Source: an uncultured Clostridia bacterium (GTDB lineage: Bacteria > Bacillota > Clostridia > TANB77 > CAG-508). Taken from it: a stretch of DNA of 64,000 bases. Within the stretch, counting starts at the first letter, position 1. Every line of letters starts with the position of its first letter. The stretch covers positions 6,253 to 70,252 of the forward strand of contig CAPYID010000007.1 in assembly GCA_948739805.1 (NCBI GenBank). Direction: 5' to 3'. The notes beneath the pieces are model-generated. The model made no database searches and had not been told where the DNA came from. It saw only the letters and a list, made by a program, of their open reading frames with translations. The translations under genes were made by a program, and so were the position numbers. Shown piece by piece: positions 1 to 10,020 of the stretch.

Positions 1-971
1 TCTAATTTTCTTCCATCTGGACGTTTGTGTTCTTCTAAAATCATTTTTCTTACACATCTTTTTTCTAATTTGTAAAGTATTTCTCCTATTTCTTGTTTTC
101 TTTCTTCTACTGCTTCTTCTCCAAGCTCATTTATTAAGTATTCCATAACTTCTTCTTTTATTTGGTCTACATTTTCATCTCTTACAGTCTTGTCTACTTC
201 TTGTACATCATTATACATTCTTTCTTCATATTTTTCTGCAATTTTATCAAATAAATCATGGTCTACTTCAAAAGATTTATATTCAAATTTTGGTTTTCCT
301 ATCTCTGTTTTTATTTTTGATATGAATTCACAAAGTTTTTTGATTTCATTATGTGCTGTTTTTATTGCTTCTAACATAATATTGTCTGGAATTTCATTTG
401 CACCTGCTTCAATCATTGCGATTTTGTCTACTGTTCCTGCAACTGTTAATGTTAAGTCTGTTTTTTCTCTTTGTTCTAATGTTGGATTTATTATAATTTG
501 TCCATCAACATATCCAACATTTACTGCCGCTGTTGGTCCACCAAATGGTATGTCTGATATTGATAGTGCTACTGATGCTCCTATCATTGCTGCAACTTCT
601 GGTGAATTATCTGGTTCTACTGATAATACTGTTGCTACTACACATACATCATTTCTAAAGTCTTTTGGAAATAATGGTCTTAATGGTCTATCTATTGCTC
701 TTGATGTAAGTATTGCTTTATCTGCTGGTTTTCCTTCTCTTTTCGTAAAACTTCCTGGTATTTTTCCTGCTGCATATAATTTTTCTTCATAATCTACTGA
801 TAATGGAAAAAAGTCAATTCCCTCCTTTGGTTCTTTAGATGCTGTAACATTTACCATTACAACTGTCTCCCCATATCTTACCCAAACACTTCCATTGGCA
901 AGTTCTGAAGTTTTACCACTCTCAATTATAAATTTTCTTCCTGCTAATTCTGTTTCAAAAGTTTTAAACAT
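1..971 (-). CDS. pnp: polyribonucleotide nucleotidyltransferase (PNPase), N-terminal ~323 codons; the rest lies beyond the window start
   Basis: Absent from the ORF track because it is open at the window edge. Hand translation from the ATG at 971-969 (minus) gives MFKTFETELAGRKFIIESGKTSELANGSVWVRYGETVVMVNVTA. An AGAGG RBS lies upstream and the gene follows rpsO, the usual arrangement. ORF 190..792(+) is its antisense shadow. Confidence 0.88.
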   Translation of the reverse strand, partial: MFKTFETELAGRKFIIESGKTSELANGSVWVRYGETVVMVNVTASKEPKEGIDFFPLSVDYEEKLYAAGKIPGSFTKREGKPADKAILTSRAIDRPLRPLFPKDFRNDVCVVATVLSVEPDNSPEVAAMIGASVALSISDIPFGGPTAAVNVGYVDGQIIINPTLEQREKTDLTLTVAGTVDKIAMIEAGANEIPDNIMLEAIKTAHNEIKKLCEFISKIKTEIGKPKFEYKSFEVDHDLFDKIAEKYEERMYNDVQEVDKTVRDENVDQIKEEVMEYLINELGEEAVEERKQEIGEILYKLEKRCVRKMILEEHKRPDGRKL

Positions 972-1104
972 ATATTTTTACCTCTTTTCTTTTTGTTACA
1001 TAAATTAGTTCGTAACTTCGATAATACTTTAATTTATATTTATTTTGTACTTTTATTAAAATATTATCCAAGCTACTTCTAATTTATGTTAATTAATACA
1101 CTTT

Positions 1105-1134
1105 TGGACGTTTGACATATTTCTCAAACGTCCA
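1105..1134 (-). promoter_or_regulatory. perfect 11-bp stem hairpin in the rpsO-pnp spacer (pnp leader or rpsO 3' structure)
   Basis: TGGACGTTTGA-catatttc-TCAAACGTCCA. No 3' U-tract on either strand, so it is probably not a simple terminator. In E. coli the pnp leader carries a processing hairpin. Confidence 0.4.
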
Positions 1135-1191
1135 TAATATACTTAAGGAATTATTCCTTGTAATCATTGACGTTTAAATTACATCTAATGA

Positions 1192-1455
1192 TTATCTTCT
1201 TAAATTTAATTTTTCAACTATTTCTCTATATTTTTCAATGTCATTTTTTTCTAGATAGTTAAGTAAATTTCTTCTTTTACCAACCATTTTTAATAGTCCA
1301 CGTCTAGAATGATTATCTTTTTTGTGAACTTTTAAATGTTCTGTTAGTTCTATTATTCTTTCTGTTAAAAGAGCTATTTGAACTTCTGAAGAACCTGTGT
1401 CTTTTTCATCTCTTCTATAAGTATTAATTATTTCTTGTTTTCTTTCTACTGTCAT
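1192..1455 (-). CDS. rpsO: 30S ribosomal protein S15
   Basis: 87 aa with a typical S15 sequence ([39 protein letters not shown]). Confidence 0.97.
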   Translation of the reverse strand: MTVERKQEIINTYRRDEKDTGSSEVQIALLTERIIELTEHLKVHKKDNHSRRGLLKMVGKRRNLLNYLEKNDIEKYREIVEKLNLRR

Positions 1456-1599
1456 TTAATTACACCTCCTATTTTTTTATATACGCCTTATTCATAGAAA
1501 AAGTGGTGCTTTCACCTTTTTCCAAGAGTAAGGTAATTTTTAATACTTTCTTAGTATACAACAAAAATTTTTAAAACGCAAGCATTTTTATATGCTTTT

Positions 1600-3546
1600 T
1601 TAAATTTCAAGAGTTGCCTCTTCATATGCTTTTCCTGCATTCACTATACTATCTGTTATGAAATAAGAATTTGATACTGGATCATATGGCTTTCTGAGAA
1701 TTTTTACTTCTTCTTCTGTTATTGCACCTATTTTAAGACAAAAGTTTACAAATCCTGAATCATTAAATCTAGATTCGATATATCCTAGCGCCAATTGTGA
1801 AGCTATTCTTTCATCTCTTTCTAGTAGCAATTTCTTTTTACCTTGTATGGATCTCATACTATTAATATCTTTATATATTGTCTCAATTTCTATGTCTGTA
1901 TATCCTTCCTGACTTATTGGATTTGGTATTCCTTTATTTGATGAATAAATATAATCATATACTCCTTGTTCTATTTCATCATCTATATTATTTATATATT
2001 CTCCTTTTTCACTTTTAAATCTTGCTTTAGCCTTCTCTATTTTCTCTATGAGTAAATTTACTCCATATTTATGGCAATCGTGTTTTATAAATTCATATTC
2101 TTCTGTTGTAGTTTCTAGTACATATCTGATAAAGTCTCTATATTCTTCTTTTCCTTCATACTGTTGCATTATAGTGTCTTTGTATTTTTCTCTTCTAGGA
2201 TCATCTTCTTTCATTTTAAATATTGCATTAAGTTGTCTTGAGAACATTCTATCTGTTTGTAGTATTTCATTAGATAATTTTTCTGCACATTTATACCATG
2301 CTTCCTGTAAAATTCTACTTTCTTCTTCTCCACTAGTGTATGGTAAATATTCAGAGTATGTTGGCATTCTAAGTCCTTGCACTTTAGTTTGTCCTGTCTC
2401 TTTATCCTTTTTTCCATATAGTGATGCTTCTAAACTCAATTTTATCATTTCTTTACTACTACTTCTTATTAAATCTTCGATTAATCTTTCCTGTATTTTT
2501 AATACGAGTTTATTTAATTCTGTGTCATTTCCTCCCAGCATTTCTATTGCCTTTTCTTTATCTATACCTAGAATTTGTGAAACTGGTTCAGCATAACTTG
2601 TAGGTATATCAATTGTTAGTCCTCCTTTTTGTCCATCTATCATGTCATATGGAATAGATGATATTTGGTCAGATATTTTTACTATTGCATCTATCATATT
2701 AGCAGCTTGCATTTCTTTATCTGCTCCTTCATATATAAAACAATTTTCTAATACTTTATGGAAATCACTAAATGTTATTTTATAATTTGGTAAAATATTG
2801 GCAGTACCTCTTTCACCATTATGCCTTCCTGCTGACATTGCTATAGTTTTTATTGCTTCATCTATTTGCTCTTTTAATTCTTCCCCTTTACTTTTAATTT
2901 TATTTTCTAGATTAGGTTCTTTTCCTAATTTTAGGTTGTTGGATATTTCTTCAATACTTACATTCCTTTTGTTTGCTTCTTCTGTTATTGTTTCAATTGC
3001 TATCCCAGTATTTATTGCTTTTTTGATTTTACTTGAGCATCTATATAAAATATGAGTAGCACCAGTTGCGTTATGAGGTCTTGGTCCACCTTGCTTTATA
3101 GCTGATATTTTTGAAGATGTGTTTTCTCCAAGGTGCCCTAAAGCAGGTTGTCCAGTATCATGAAGAAGTGTCGCTATTTCTACTCCTTTTGCTATATCTT
3201 CATTTCTAAAAATTCCTTTTGCTATTTTATATCCTATATTTCCAGCATTATGTATATGTATTTTTCTATCTGTTACTTCTCCTAGCTTTCTTTGTTGATG
3301 TACCATCATTGTTGTTCCTTTTAGTCTTTCAATTTCATCAAATAATGCGTCTTTTATGTATTTAGCATATTTTCCAATAAATTGTGCTGTTTTTAAACTT
3401 TTTACTCTTTCTGTAATAATAAAATTTTGCTCTTTTACTGAATTAATATAGCTCCTAAAATTTTCTTGATCTTCAACATTTAATTGCCTTACTTGAGGAC
3501 CTCTTACATATTCAAGAGACCTATATTTCGCTATTTTTTCTTTCAT
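1600..3546 (-). CDS. large HD-domain dNTP triphosphohydrolase (dGTPase)-like protein
   Basis: Carries H...HD motifs (KIHIHNAGNIGYKIA ; ATLLHDTGQPALGHLGE) that resemble the dGTPase HD[IL]GHPPFGHxGE. Start moved to MKEKIAKY, ATG at 3546, with a GGAGG RBS 7 nt upstream. Confidence 0.65.
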   Translation of the reverse strand: MKEKIAKYRSLEYVRGPQVRQLNVEDQENFRSYINSVKEQNFIITERVKSLKTAQFIGKYAKYIKDALFDEIERLKGTTMMVHQQRKLGEVTDRKIHIHNAGNIGYKIAKGIFRNEDIAKGVEIATLLHDTGQPALGHLGENTSSKISAIKQGGPRPHNATGATHILYRCSSKIKKAINTGIAIETITEEANKRNVSIEEISNNLKLGKEPNLENKIKSKGEELKEQIDEAIKTIAMSAGRHNGERGTANILPNYKITFSDFHKVLENCFIYEGADKEMQAANMIDAIVKISDQISSIPYDMIDGQKGGLTIDIPTSYAEPVSQILGIDKEKAIEMLGGNDTELNKLVLKIQERLIEDLIRSSSKEMIKLSLEASLYGKKDKETGQTKVQGLRMPTYSEYLPYTSGEEESRILQEAWYKCAEKLSNEILQTDRMFSRQLNAIFKMKEDDPRREKYKDTIMQQYEGKEEYRDFIRYVLETTTEEYEFIKHDCHKYGVNLLIEKIEKAKARFKSEKGEYINNIDDEIEQGVYDYIYSSNKGIPNPISQEGYTDIEIETIYKDINSMRSIQGKKKLLLERDERIASQLALGYIESRFNDSGFVNFCLKIGAITEEEVKILRKPYDPVSNSYFITDSIVNAGKAYEEATLEI

Positions 3547-3585
3547 TTTTAACCTCCAAAAATTTTTTATTAAAATCACTTTAAT

Positions 3586-3614
3586 ATTTTACCATATTTA
3601 TGTAAATCTGTAAA
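3586..3614 (-). promoter_or_regulatory. sigma-A type promoter for the HD-domain gene
   Basis: On the minus strand: TTTACA, 17 nt, TAAAAT, with an extended TGG immediately upstream of the -10. Confidence 0.45.
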
Positions 3615-3659
3615 GGGGATTTTGGGAGTATTTTCAATATTTATCCTCTGCACTTTTAT

Positions 3660-4793
3660 TTATTCTGTAGCTTTATGTAAAACATTTGCTACATATTTCA
3701 TACTTGCTAAACATTGTTCCAAAGTATTTCCTGTTGCTCCAACTTCCATTATTGTAGATGCTGTTGTTAAATGCTGATTATACCTTGCATTTCTTAATAT
3801 TATTGGTCTAAATAATCCTGGATATAATTCATCTGCAATACTTTGAACTTTTATTGCATATTGTAAGTTCTTTTTCCAGTTATCATGTGCAAGCCCTGAA
3901 CCATCTGTTCCAATTACAAACATAACTTGTGCACAAACTTCATCTCCTATTTGTACGCTTGGTGCATAATTGCTTTTACTTCCAACTGCATCTCTATGTA
4001 AATCTATTGTAATTTCTGCATCTTTGTTTTTGGTTAATATACTTTCTAATGTCTTTAATGACCTTCCATATGAACCATTATATGATGGATAGTCATGGTA
4101 GGTTTTGTTATGTATAACATTAAATCCATATCTTTCTAATTGGGATGTTAACTCATCTCCTACTTTTGATACAGTAAAGTTTAGGTCTGTAGTTCTATAT
4201 GAATCTGTCATTGGATAACTATACTTTTCTGTTGGAGTATAGCTTTCACATGTATGTGTATGATATATAATAACTTTTTTATTATTTGTAAATTCATATG
4301 AAGCATTTTCTAATATTGATGAAATATCATAATTAGTTTGATTGTTTATTTTTATATCTTTATATTTATTTGTATATGTTTCCTTTATATTGTTTTCGTC
4401 TATTATCTTAGTATCCTTATTTTCTAAATCTTGTGGTTCTGACTTTATTTCTTCTTGTTCTTCTGGCTCTATATATTCTTCTTGTGGTGGTTCTACTGCG
4501 ACTTCCTGCTCTTGTTTTTTTATTATATTATCAAATATCCCAATTTGCATTGATAATATTTTTATTCCCCAATTATTTTCATCATTTTCTTCTATACTTA
4601 TATTTTCTTTTACTACTCTTGTTATTGGTAATTCATATTTCATACATTGAAGTAATGATATTCTATCTTCTCTTTGTTCTCTTTTTTTATCTGTATTTAA
4701 TGATTTTACTAATAATATAAATATTATGGTTATCACAAAAAAAATGAATATATATTTAATAATTTTTTTTAGATTTATAACAGTAATCTTCAT
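3660..4793 (-). CDS. spoIIP: stage II sporulation protein P (SpoIIP amidase/endopeptidase)
   Basis: N-terminal TM segment, IIYHTHTCESY and IDLHRDA signatures, AAGGAG RBS. Confidence 0.85.
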   Translation of the reverse strand: MKITVINLKKIIKYIFIFFVITIIFILLVKSLNTDKKREQREDRISLLQCMKYELPITRVVKENISIEENDENNWGIKILSMQIGIFDNIIKKQEQEVAVEPPQEEYIEPEEQEEIKSEPQDLENKDTKIIDENNIKETYTNKYKDIKINNQTNYDISSILENASYEFTNNKKVIIYHTHTCESYTPTEKYSYPMTDSYRTTDLNFTVSKVGDELTSQLERYGFNVIHNKTYHDYPSYNGSYGRSLKTLESILTKNKDAEITIDLHRDAVGSKSNYAPSVQIGDEVCAQVMFVIGTDGSGLAHDNWKKNLQYAIKVQSIADELYPGLFRPIILRNARYNQHLTTASTIMEVGATGNTLEQCLASMKYVANVLHKATE

Positions 4794-4923
4794 TAGATTC
4801 TCCTTGTCCTAAACATCATTATTATATATATTCATTTATTTTTAATTTTATTACATAATTTCTTTATATTATTATCCTATATATTGTTATATTTTAATTA
4901 TTTAATTCTTCTTATTTGTTCTT

Positions 4924-5572
4924 TTAATACCCTCTAGGTTCTAATTTTAAATATATCGGTTTTTCCTCTCTTATAATAGTTGATACTCCATGCCCTGGAT
5001 AAACTAATGTATCATCTGGTAATATTAATAATTTATTTACTATTGAATTCATAATTTCCTCTAAATTCCCTGTTGGTAAATCTGTTCTTCCCCAAGTACC
5101 TCTAAATAAAGTATCTCCTGAAAATAACATCTTATCTTGTTTACAATATAATGATATTCCTCCACTTGTATGTCCGTGGAGTATGAATTACTCGCATTTG
5201 TATATTTCCTAAATGCAGTAAGTCTTCATCATCTACTCTTCTAACATCATTTAATATTACAGGTTCCATTCCTATATATTCTGTTAGCATTATTTCTTGA
5301 TTATTTATGTTTTTTTCACAGATTCTATGTAATAGTATAGTTCCTCCAGCTTTTTGCCTTAATTCATTTACTCCACCTACATGGTCTCCATGACAATGAG
5401 TTACTACTATATATTTTAATTTAGCTTTTAAAATTTCTAGCATTTCCAATATTTTATATATTTCACCCGCTGGATCTATTATCATAGTTTCTTTTGTTAT
5501 CTCATCATGTATTATATAACAATTTGTTGGATCTGCTAAAAAAGTATTTATCTTTAATGTCTTTAGTATCAT
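4924..5572 (-). pseudogene. MBL-fold metallo-hydrolase (glyoxalase II-like) with the frame interrupted by one extra C at CCA-CGG-A
   Basis: ORFs 5141..5572 (contains HCHGDH) and 4924..5130 are two halves of one gene. Removing the base at 5176 gives ...RVIHTPGHTSGGISLYCKQDKMLFSGDTLF..., and 649 nt = 3n+1. Confidence 0.85.
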
Positions 5573-5593
5573 CTTTATTATTTTCCCTTCTAT

Positions 5594-7789
5594 CTAATTC
5601 TTACGTTTAACCTCATACACACTATCAATCTTTCTTAAAACTCTAAATAATCTATTTAATGTTTCTAGATTTTCTATCTCTGTATTAACCTCTGTTATGA
5701 CTATTTTCTCTTTTGTAACCTTTGAACGAATATCCATAATGCTTACTTTTTCATTTCCAAATTCTCTTACAATATCTGATAATAATCCATCTCTATCATT
5801 TGAAAATATCTCTATATTTACACTATAAGAAGTTTTTGCTTTTTCATACCAAGAAACCTCAATTATTCTATCCTCTTGTTCTAATAGTTCTTTTACATTT
5901 ATACAATCGCTTCTATGAACAGAAACTCCTCTACCTTTTGTTATATAACCAATTATACTATCCCCTGGTACAGGGTTACAGCATTTTGCAAATTTAACCA
6001 AACAATTATCTATACCTTTTACAATAATACCAGAACTTGTTGGTTTTCCTTGAATTTTTTTGCTTGAACTTGATAGCTCTTCAATTTTCTTTTCTAATTC
6101 TTCTTCTTTATGATCTTTAGAATACTCGTTTAATAATTTAGAAACTATCTTCCCTGCAGATATTGCTCCAAATCCTACAGATGATTGCATTTCAGTTATA
6201 TTTGGAAATTTATATCTTTCTAGCATTGCATTAATATATTCTTGTTTGTAAAGTTCTGTTTCTGTTAGTCCTACTCTTTTTATTTCCCTTGAAAGTAACT
6301 CTTTTCCTTTTTCTATGTTTTCTTCCCTATTTGCTTTTTTAAACCATTGTTGAATTTTATTTTTTGCTCTAGTACTTTGAACAAATTTAAGCCAATCTCT
6401 ACTTGGTCCTTTTGCATTATCAGATGTCATTATGTCTACAATGTCCCCATTATTTAATTTTGTTACTATTGGCATCATCTGTGAGTTTATTTTACACCCA
6501 GTCATTCTATTTCCTATCTCTGTATGTATACTATAGGCAAAGTCTATTGGGGTTGCATCTTTTGGCAGTACTTTGATTTCACCATTTTTGGTGAATACAT
6601 ATACTTCATCTTCAAATAATTCTTTTTTCAATGTGTTTAAAAATTCATTTGGGTCATTCATTTCTTTTTGCCATTCTAAAGATTCTCTTAACCATGATAG
6701 TTTGTCCTCTTCAACTTTTACTGTAGTTTTCTTAAATCTATTTGCTTCTTTATAGGCCCAATGTGCTGCTATACCAAATTCTGCAATCCTATGCATGTCC
6801 CAAGTACGTATTTGTACCTCTACAGGTGTTGCATTTGGTCCTATCAAAGTTGTATGTAGTGATTGATACATATTAGCTTTTGGAACAGCTATATAGTCTT
6901 TAAATCTTCCTGGCATTGGATTATATAGTTCATGAACAACACCTAATGCTGCATAACAATCTTTTACTGAATTAACTATTATTCTTAATGCAAACAAATC
7001 ATATACTTGTTCTAGAGTTATTCCATCTCTTTGCATTTTTCTATAAATACTATAAATATGTTTTGCCCTTCCTGTTGTATCTGCAACTATTTTTGCTTTT
7101 TTCAATTCTATTGTAATTTCTTTTTTTATTTTATCTACAAAGTCTAATCTTTCTTCTCTTTTTTCATTTAATCCTTCTAAAATTTCCCTGTATTCATCTG
7201 GATATAAATATTTAAAACTTAAATCTTCTAATTCCCATTTTAATGAATACATACCTATTCTATTTGCAAGTGGTGCATATAAATCCATTGTCTCCTTAGA
7301 GATTGCTAGTTGCCTATCTCTTGTTAAGTATTTTAAAGTTCTCATATTGTGTAATCTATCTGCTAATTTTATGAGTATTACTCTTATATCTTTTCCCATA
7401 GCTAAAAACATTTTTCTATAATTTTCAACTTGTTGTTCTTCTTTATCTGTATATTGTAATTTTTGTAACTTTGTTACACCATCTACAATTTCTGTTACTT
7501 CTTTTCCAAATTCTTTTATTAAATCTTGACGTGTTGCTTCTGTATCTTCTATAACATCATGCAATAGAGCAGCACAAACTGTAGTAGTATCCATTCCTAA
7601 TCCTGCAAGAATATTTGCTACATTTAATGGATGTATAATATATGGTTCTCCTGATTTTCTTTTTTGTGCTCCATGATATTGTAAAGCATAATTATATGCT
7701 CTTGTTACTGTTTTTATATCTGCTATTTTATTATTCTTTTTTATTGTAGATATTAGGTCATTTAATGTTATTTGCTGTTCTTCTTGCAT
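5594..7789 (-). CDS. relA: bifunctional (p)ppGpp synthetase/hydrolase (RelA/SpoT homolog)
   Basis: 731 aa with an HD hydrolase N-terminus (HGAQKRKSGEPYIIHPL), a RelA_SpoT synthetase domain, and TGS/ACT C-terminal regions. Confidence 0.95.
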   Translation of the reverse strand: MQEEQQITLNDLISTIKKNNKIADIKTVTRAYNYALQYHGAQKRKSGEPYIIHPLNVANILAGLGMDTTTVCAALLHDVIEDTEATRQDLIKEFGKEVTEIVDGVTKLQKLQYTDKEEQQVENYRKMFLAMGKDIRVILIKLADRLHNMRTLKYLTRDRQLAISKETMDLYAPLANRIGMYSLKWELEDLSFKYLYPDEYREILEGLNEKREERLDFVDKIKKEITIELKKAKIVADTTGRAKHIYSIYRKMQRDGITLEQVYDLFALRIIVNSVKDCYAALGVVHELYNPMPGRFKDYIAVPKANMYQSLHTTLIGPNATPVEVQIRTWDMHRIAEFGIAAHWAYKEANRFKKTTVKVEEDKLSWLRESLEWQKEMNDPNEFLNTLKKELFEDEVYVFTKNGEIKVLPKDATPIDFAYSIHTEIGNRMTGCKINSQMMPIVTKLNNGDIVDIMTSDNAKGPSRDWLKFVQSTRAKNKIQQWFKKANREENIEKGKELLSREIKRVGLTETELYKQEYINAMLERYKFPNITEMQSSVGFGAISAGKIVSKLLNEYSKDHKEEELEKKIEELSSSSKKIQGKPTSSGIIVKGIDNCLVKFAKCCNPVPGDSIIGYITKGRGVSVHRSDCINVKELLEQEDRIIEVSWYEKAKTSYSVNIEIFSNDRDGLLSDIVREFGNEKVSIMDIRSKVTKEKIVITEVNTEIENLETLNRLFRVLRKIDSVYEVKRKN

Positions 7790-7838
7790 TTGCTATCATC
7801 CCTTCTTGAGTTACAGATTTCTCCTTTTATTTTTAATT

Positions 7839-9221
7839 TTAAAATTCCATTTTTTCTTCAATCCATTTATTTAGTTCATCTATTGGTAATCGTATCTGTT
7901 CCATTGTATCTCTATCTCTTATTGTTATTGTATTATCTTCTAATGTATCAAAATCTATTGTTACACAATAAGGGGTTCCTATTTCATCTTCTCTTCTATA
8001 TCTTTTTCCTATGCTTCCTGTTTCGTCATAATCACAAATAAATTTCCTAGATAACATATCATATACTTCATTTGCCTTGTCTGATAATTTTTTAGATAAT
8101 GGAAGTATTGCAACCTTATATGGTGCAAGTGCTGGATGTAAATGTAGTACTATTCTTGTATCTCCGTCTACAATTTCTTCTTCATCGTATGCATTACATA
8201 AAAATGCTAGTGCTACTCTATCTGCTCCTAATGATGGTTCTATACAATATGGCACATATTTTTCGTTAGTTTCTGTATCTAAATATGTCATATCTTCTTT
8301 AGAAAATTCCATATGTTTTTTTAAGTCAAAGTCTGTTCTATCTGCAATTCCCCATAGTTCTCCCCAACCAAATGGAAAAGCAAATTCTATATCTGTTGTA
8401 GCATTACTATAATGTGATAATTCTTCTTTTTCATGGTCTCTTAGTCTTATATTTTCTTCTTTCATTCCTAAAGATAATAGCCAATTTTTACAATATTCTT
8501 TCCAATAAGAATGCCATTCTAAGTCTGTACCAGGTTTACAGAAAAACTCTAGCTCCATTTGTTCAAATTCTCTTGTTCTAAATGTAAAGTTTCCTGGTGT
8601 TATTTCATTTCTAAATGCTTTTCCTATTTGTGCAATCCCCATTGGTAGTTTTTTTCTTGTAGTTCTTAAAACATTTTTGAAATTAACAAATATTCCCTGT
8701 GCAGTTTCTGGTCTTAAATATATTTCAGCTTTTGCATCTTCTGTAACACCTTGAAATGTTTTAAACATTAAATTAAATTTTCTAATTGATGTATAGTTCA
8801 ATTTTCCACATACAGGGCAAACAATATTATTATCATTTATGTATTTAACTGTTTGTTCGTCAGACCAACCATCTGCTATTACATCCTTGCCATTCTTTGT
8901 AGCCCATTCTTCAATTAGTTTATCTGCTCTATGTCTAGATTTACACTCTTTACAATCTATTAAAGGGTCTGAAAATCCTCCAACATGCCCAGAAGCAACC
9001 CATGTTTGTGGATTCATAAGTATTGCTGCATCTAATCCTACATTCATTTTATTTTCTTGAATAAATCTTTTTCTCCATGCTGTTTTTACATTATTTTTAA
9101 ATTCTACTCCTAATGGTCCATAGTCCCACGTATTTGCTAATCCTCCGTATATTTCTGAGCCTGGATATATATATCCTCTTGCTTTACATAAGTTCACAAT
9201 TTTTTCCATTGATTCTAACAT
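7839..9221 (-). CDS. glyQS: glycine--tRNA ligase (alpha2 type)
   Basis: Class II GlyRS sequence. Start placed at [30 protein letters not shown] at 9221, with a GGAGG RBS. The longer track ORF begins in the spacer. Confidence 0.93.
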   Translation of the reverse strand: MLESMEKIVNLCKARGYIYPGSEIYGGLANTWDYGPLGVEFKNNVKTAWRKRFIQENKMNVGLDAAILMNPQTWVASGHVGGFSDPLIDCKECKSRHRADKLIEEWATKNGKDVIADGWSDEQTVKYINDNNIVCPVCGKLNYTSIRKFNLMFKTFQGVTEDAKAEIYLRPETAQGIFVNFKNVLRTTRKKLPMGIAQIGKAFRNEITPGNFTFRTREFEQMELEFFCKPGTDLEWHSYWKEYCKNWLLSLGMKEENIRLRDHEKEELSHYSNATTDIEFAFPFGWGELWGIADRTDFDLKKHMEFSKEDMTYLDTETNEKYVPYCIEPSLGADRVALAFLCNAYDEEEIVDGDTRIVLHLHPALAPYKVAILPLSKKLSDKANEVYDMLSRKFICDYDETGSIGKRYRREDEIGTPYCVTIDFDTLEDNTITIRDRDTMEQIRLPIDELNKWIEEKMEF

Positions 9222-9295
9222 TTTTAATCCTCCTTTTATACCTTTAATAATATTGTATTGGCACAGTGTATTTAGTAAAATTTTGTGGAGCATTA

Positions 9296-9334
9296 AACCA
9301 TGGGAATAAGAGGAATTTTCTTATTCTCATGGTT
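9296..9334. terminator. 15-bp stem hairpin downstream of the SecF-like gene
   Basis: AACCATGGGAATAAG...CTTATTCTCATGGTT with one G-T pair. The T-run is on the + strand and TTTAAT on the minus strand, so it is a possible bidirectional terminator. Confidence 0.5.
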
Positions 9335-9364
9335 TTTCTCACTTCGATGTGCCTATAAATCAAA

Positions 9365-9997
9365 TTATTGTTTATTTAATTTTATCGCATTGCAAATTAA
9401 TGTTAAGAAATATATAAGTACTAAAAATATTATAAAGAATTCATTAACTGGTATTCTTGTTAATGCTATTATGCTTACATATAATGCACTTACTCCAATT
9501 AGTGTTAATACTGGAATTCCTATACATTTTATAATTCCTTGATTTTTGTATCTAATTACAAAATATACAAGTATTACTATTGTTGTTATGACTAATGGTG
9601 ATATATACTTTGTTATCATTTTCAATATATCTGCTTGAGGTATTTGTGTTACTATTATATCATTGTCTTTATTAATTTCTATTTCATATTTTTCATTTAA
9701 TTTTTGGATTATATTGTTTTGTTGTTCTTCTGTTATCTCTTTTGCTACTATTGATACAACTGTTCCAAATGTATTTCCTTGTTGTACTTTTAGCTTATTT
9801 GTGCCTAAAATTTCTTTTGCTATTTCTTCAATTTCATCTACTTTAAATTCTTTGGTTAAATATATATTCATTCTAACAGATTTTGAATATAATAAATCGT
9901 AATTATAGCCTTTTACACATATCATAATTATTCCTGCTAATATAATTAGTGCTACTATTATAGTTATTATTTTCATAATATTATTCATGTTTTTCAT
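9365..9997 (-). CDS. SecF-like membrane protein (short, divergent)
   Basis: 210 aa: TM segment, a small periplasmic-type alpha/beta domain, then about 3 TMs. It lies next to the SecD-like gene and is shorter than canonical SecF. Confidence 0.4.
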   Translation of the reverse strand: MKNMNNIMKIITIIVALIILAGIIMICVKGYNYDLLYSKSVRMNIYLTKEFKVDEIEEIAKEILGTNKLKVQQGNTFGTVVSIVAKEITEEQQNNIIQKLNEKYEIEINKDNDIIVTQIPQADILKMITKYISPLVITTIVILVYFVIRYKNQGIIKCIGIPVLTLIGVSALYVSIIALTRIPVNEFFIIFLVLIYFLTLICNAIKLNKQ

Positions 9998-10020
9998 AAT
10001 CTAACATTCCTTCCTTCAAT

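Noticed and set aside
190-792. Long + strand ORFs opposite minus-strand genes, e.g. 190..792, 2048..2596, 8077..8412, 13126..13425, 15927..16199, 18889..19116, 31938..32363, 48505..48903, 51707..52177, 59160..59498.
   Set aside because: All are F/L/S/I-rich with no RBS, and each lies entirely inside a well-supported gene on the other strand. They are antisense shadows produced by the purine-rich codon bias.
9222-9364. T-box riboswitch upstream of glyQS.
   Set aside because: The spacer is too short. It has no specifier or T-box conserved sequence, only one terminator-like hairpin.
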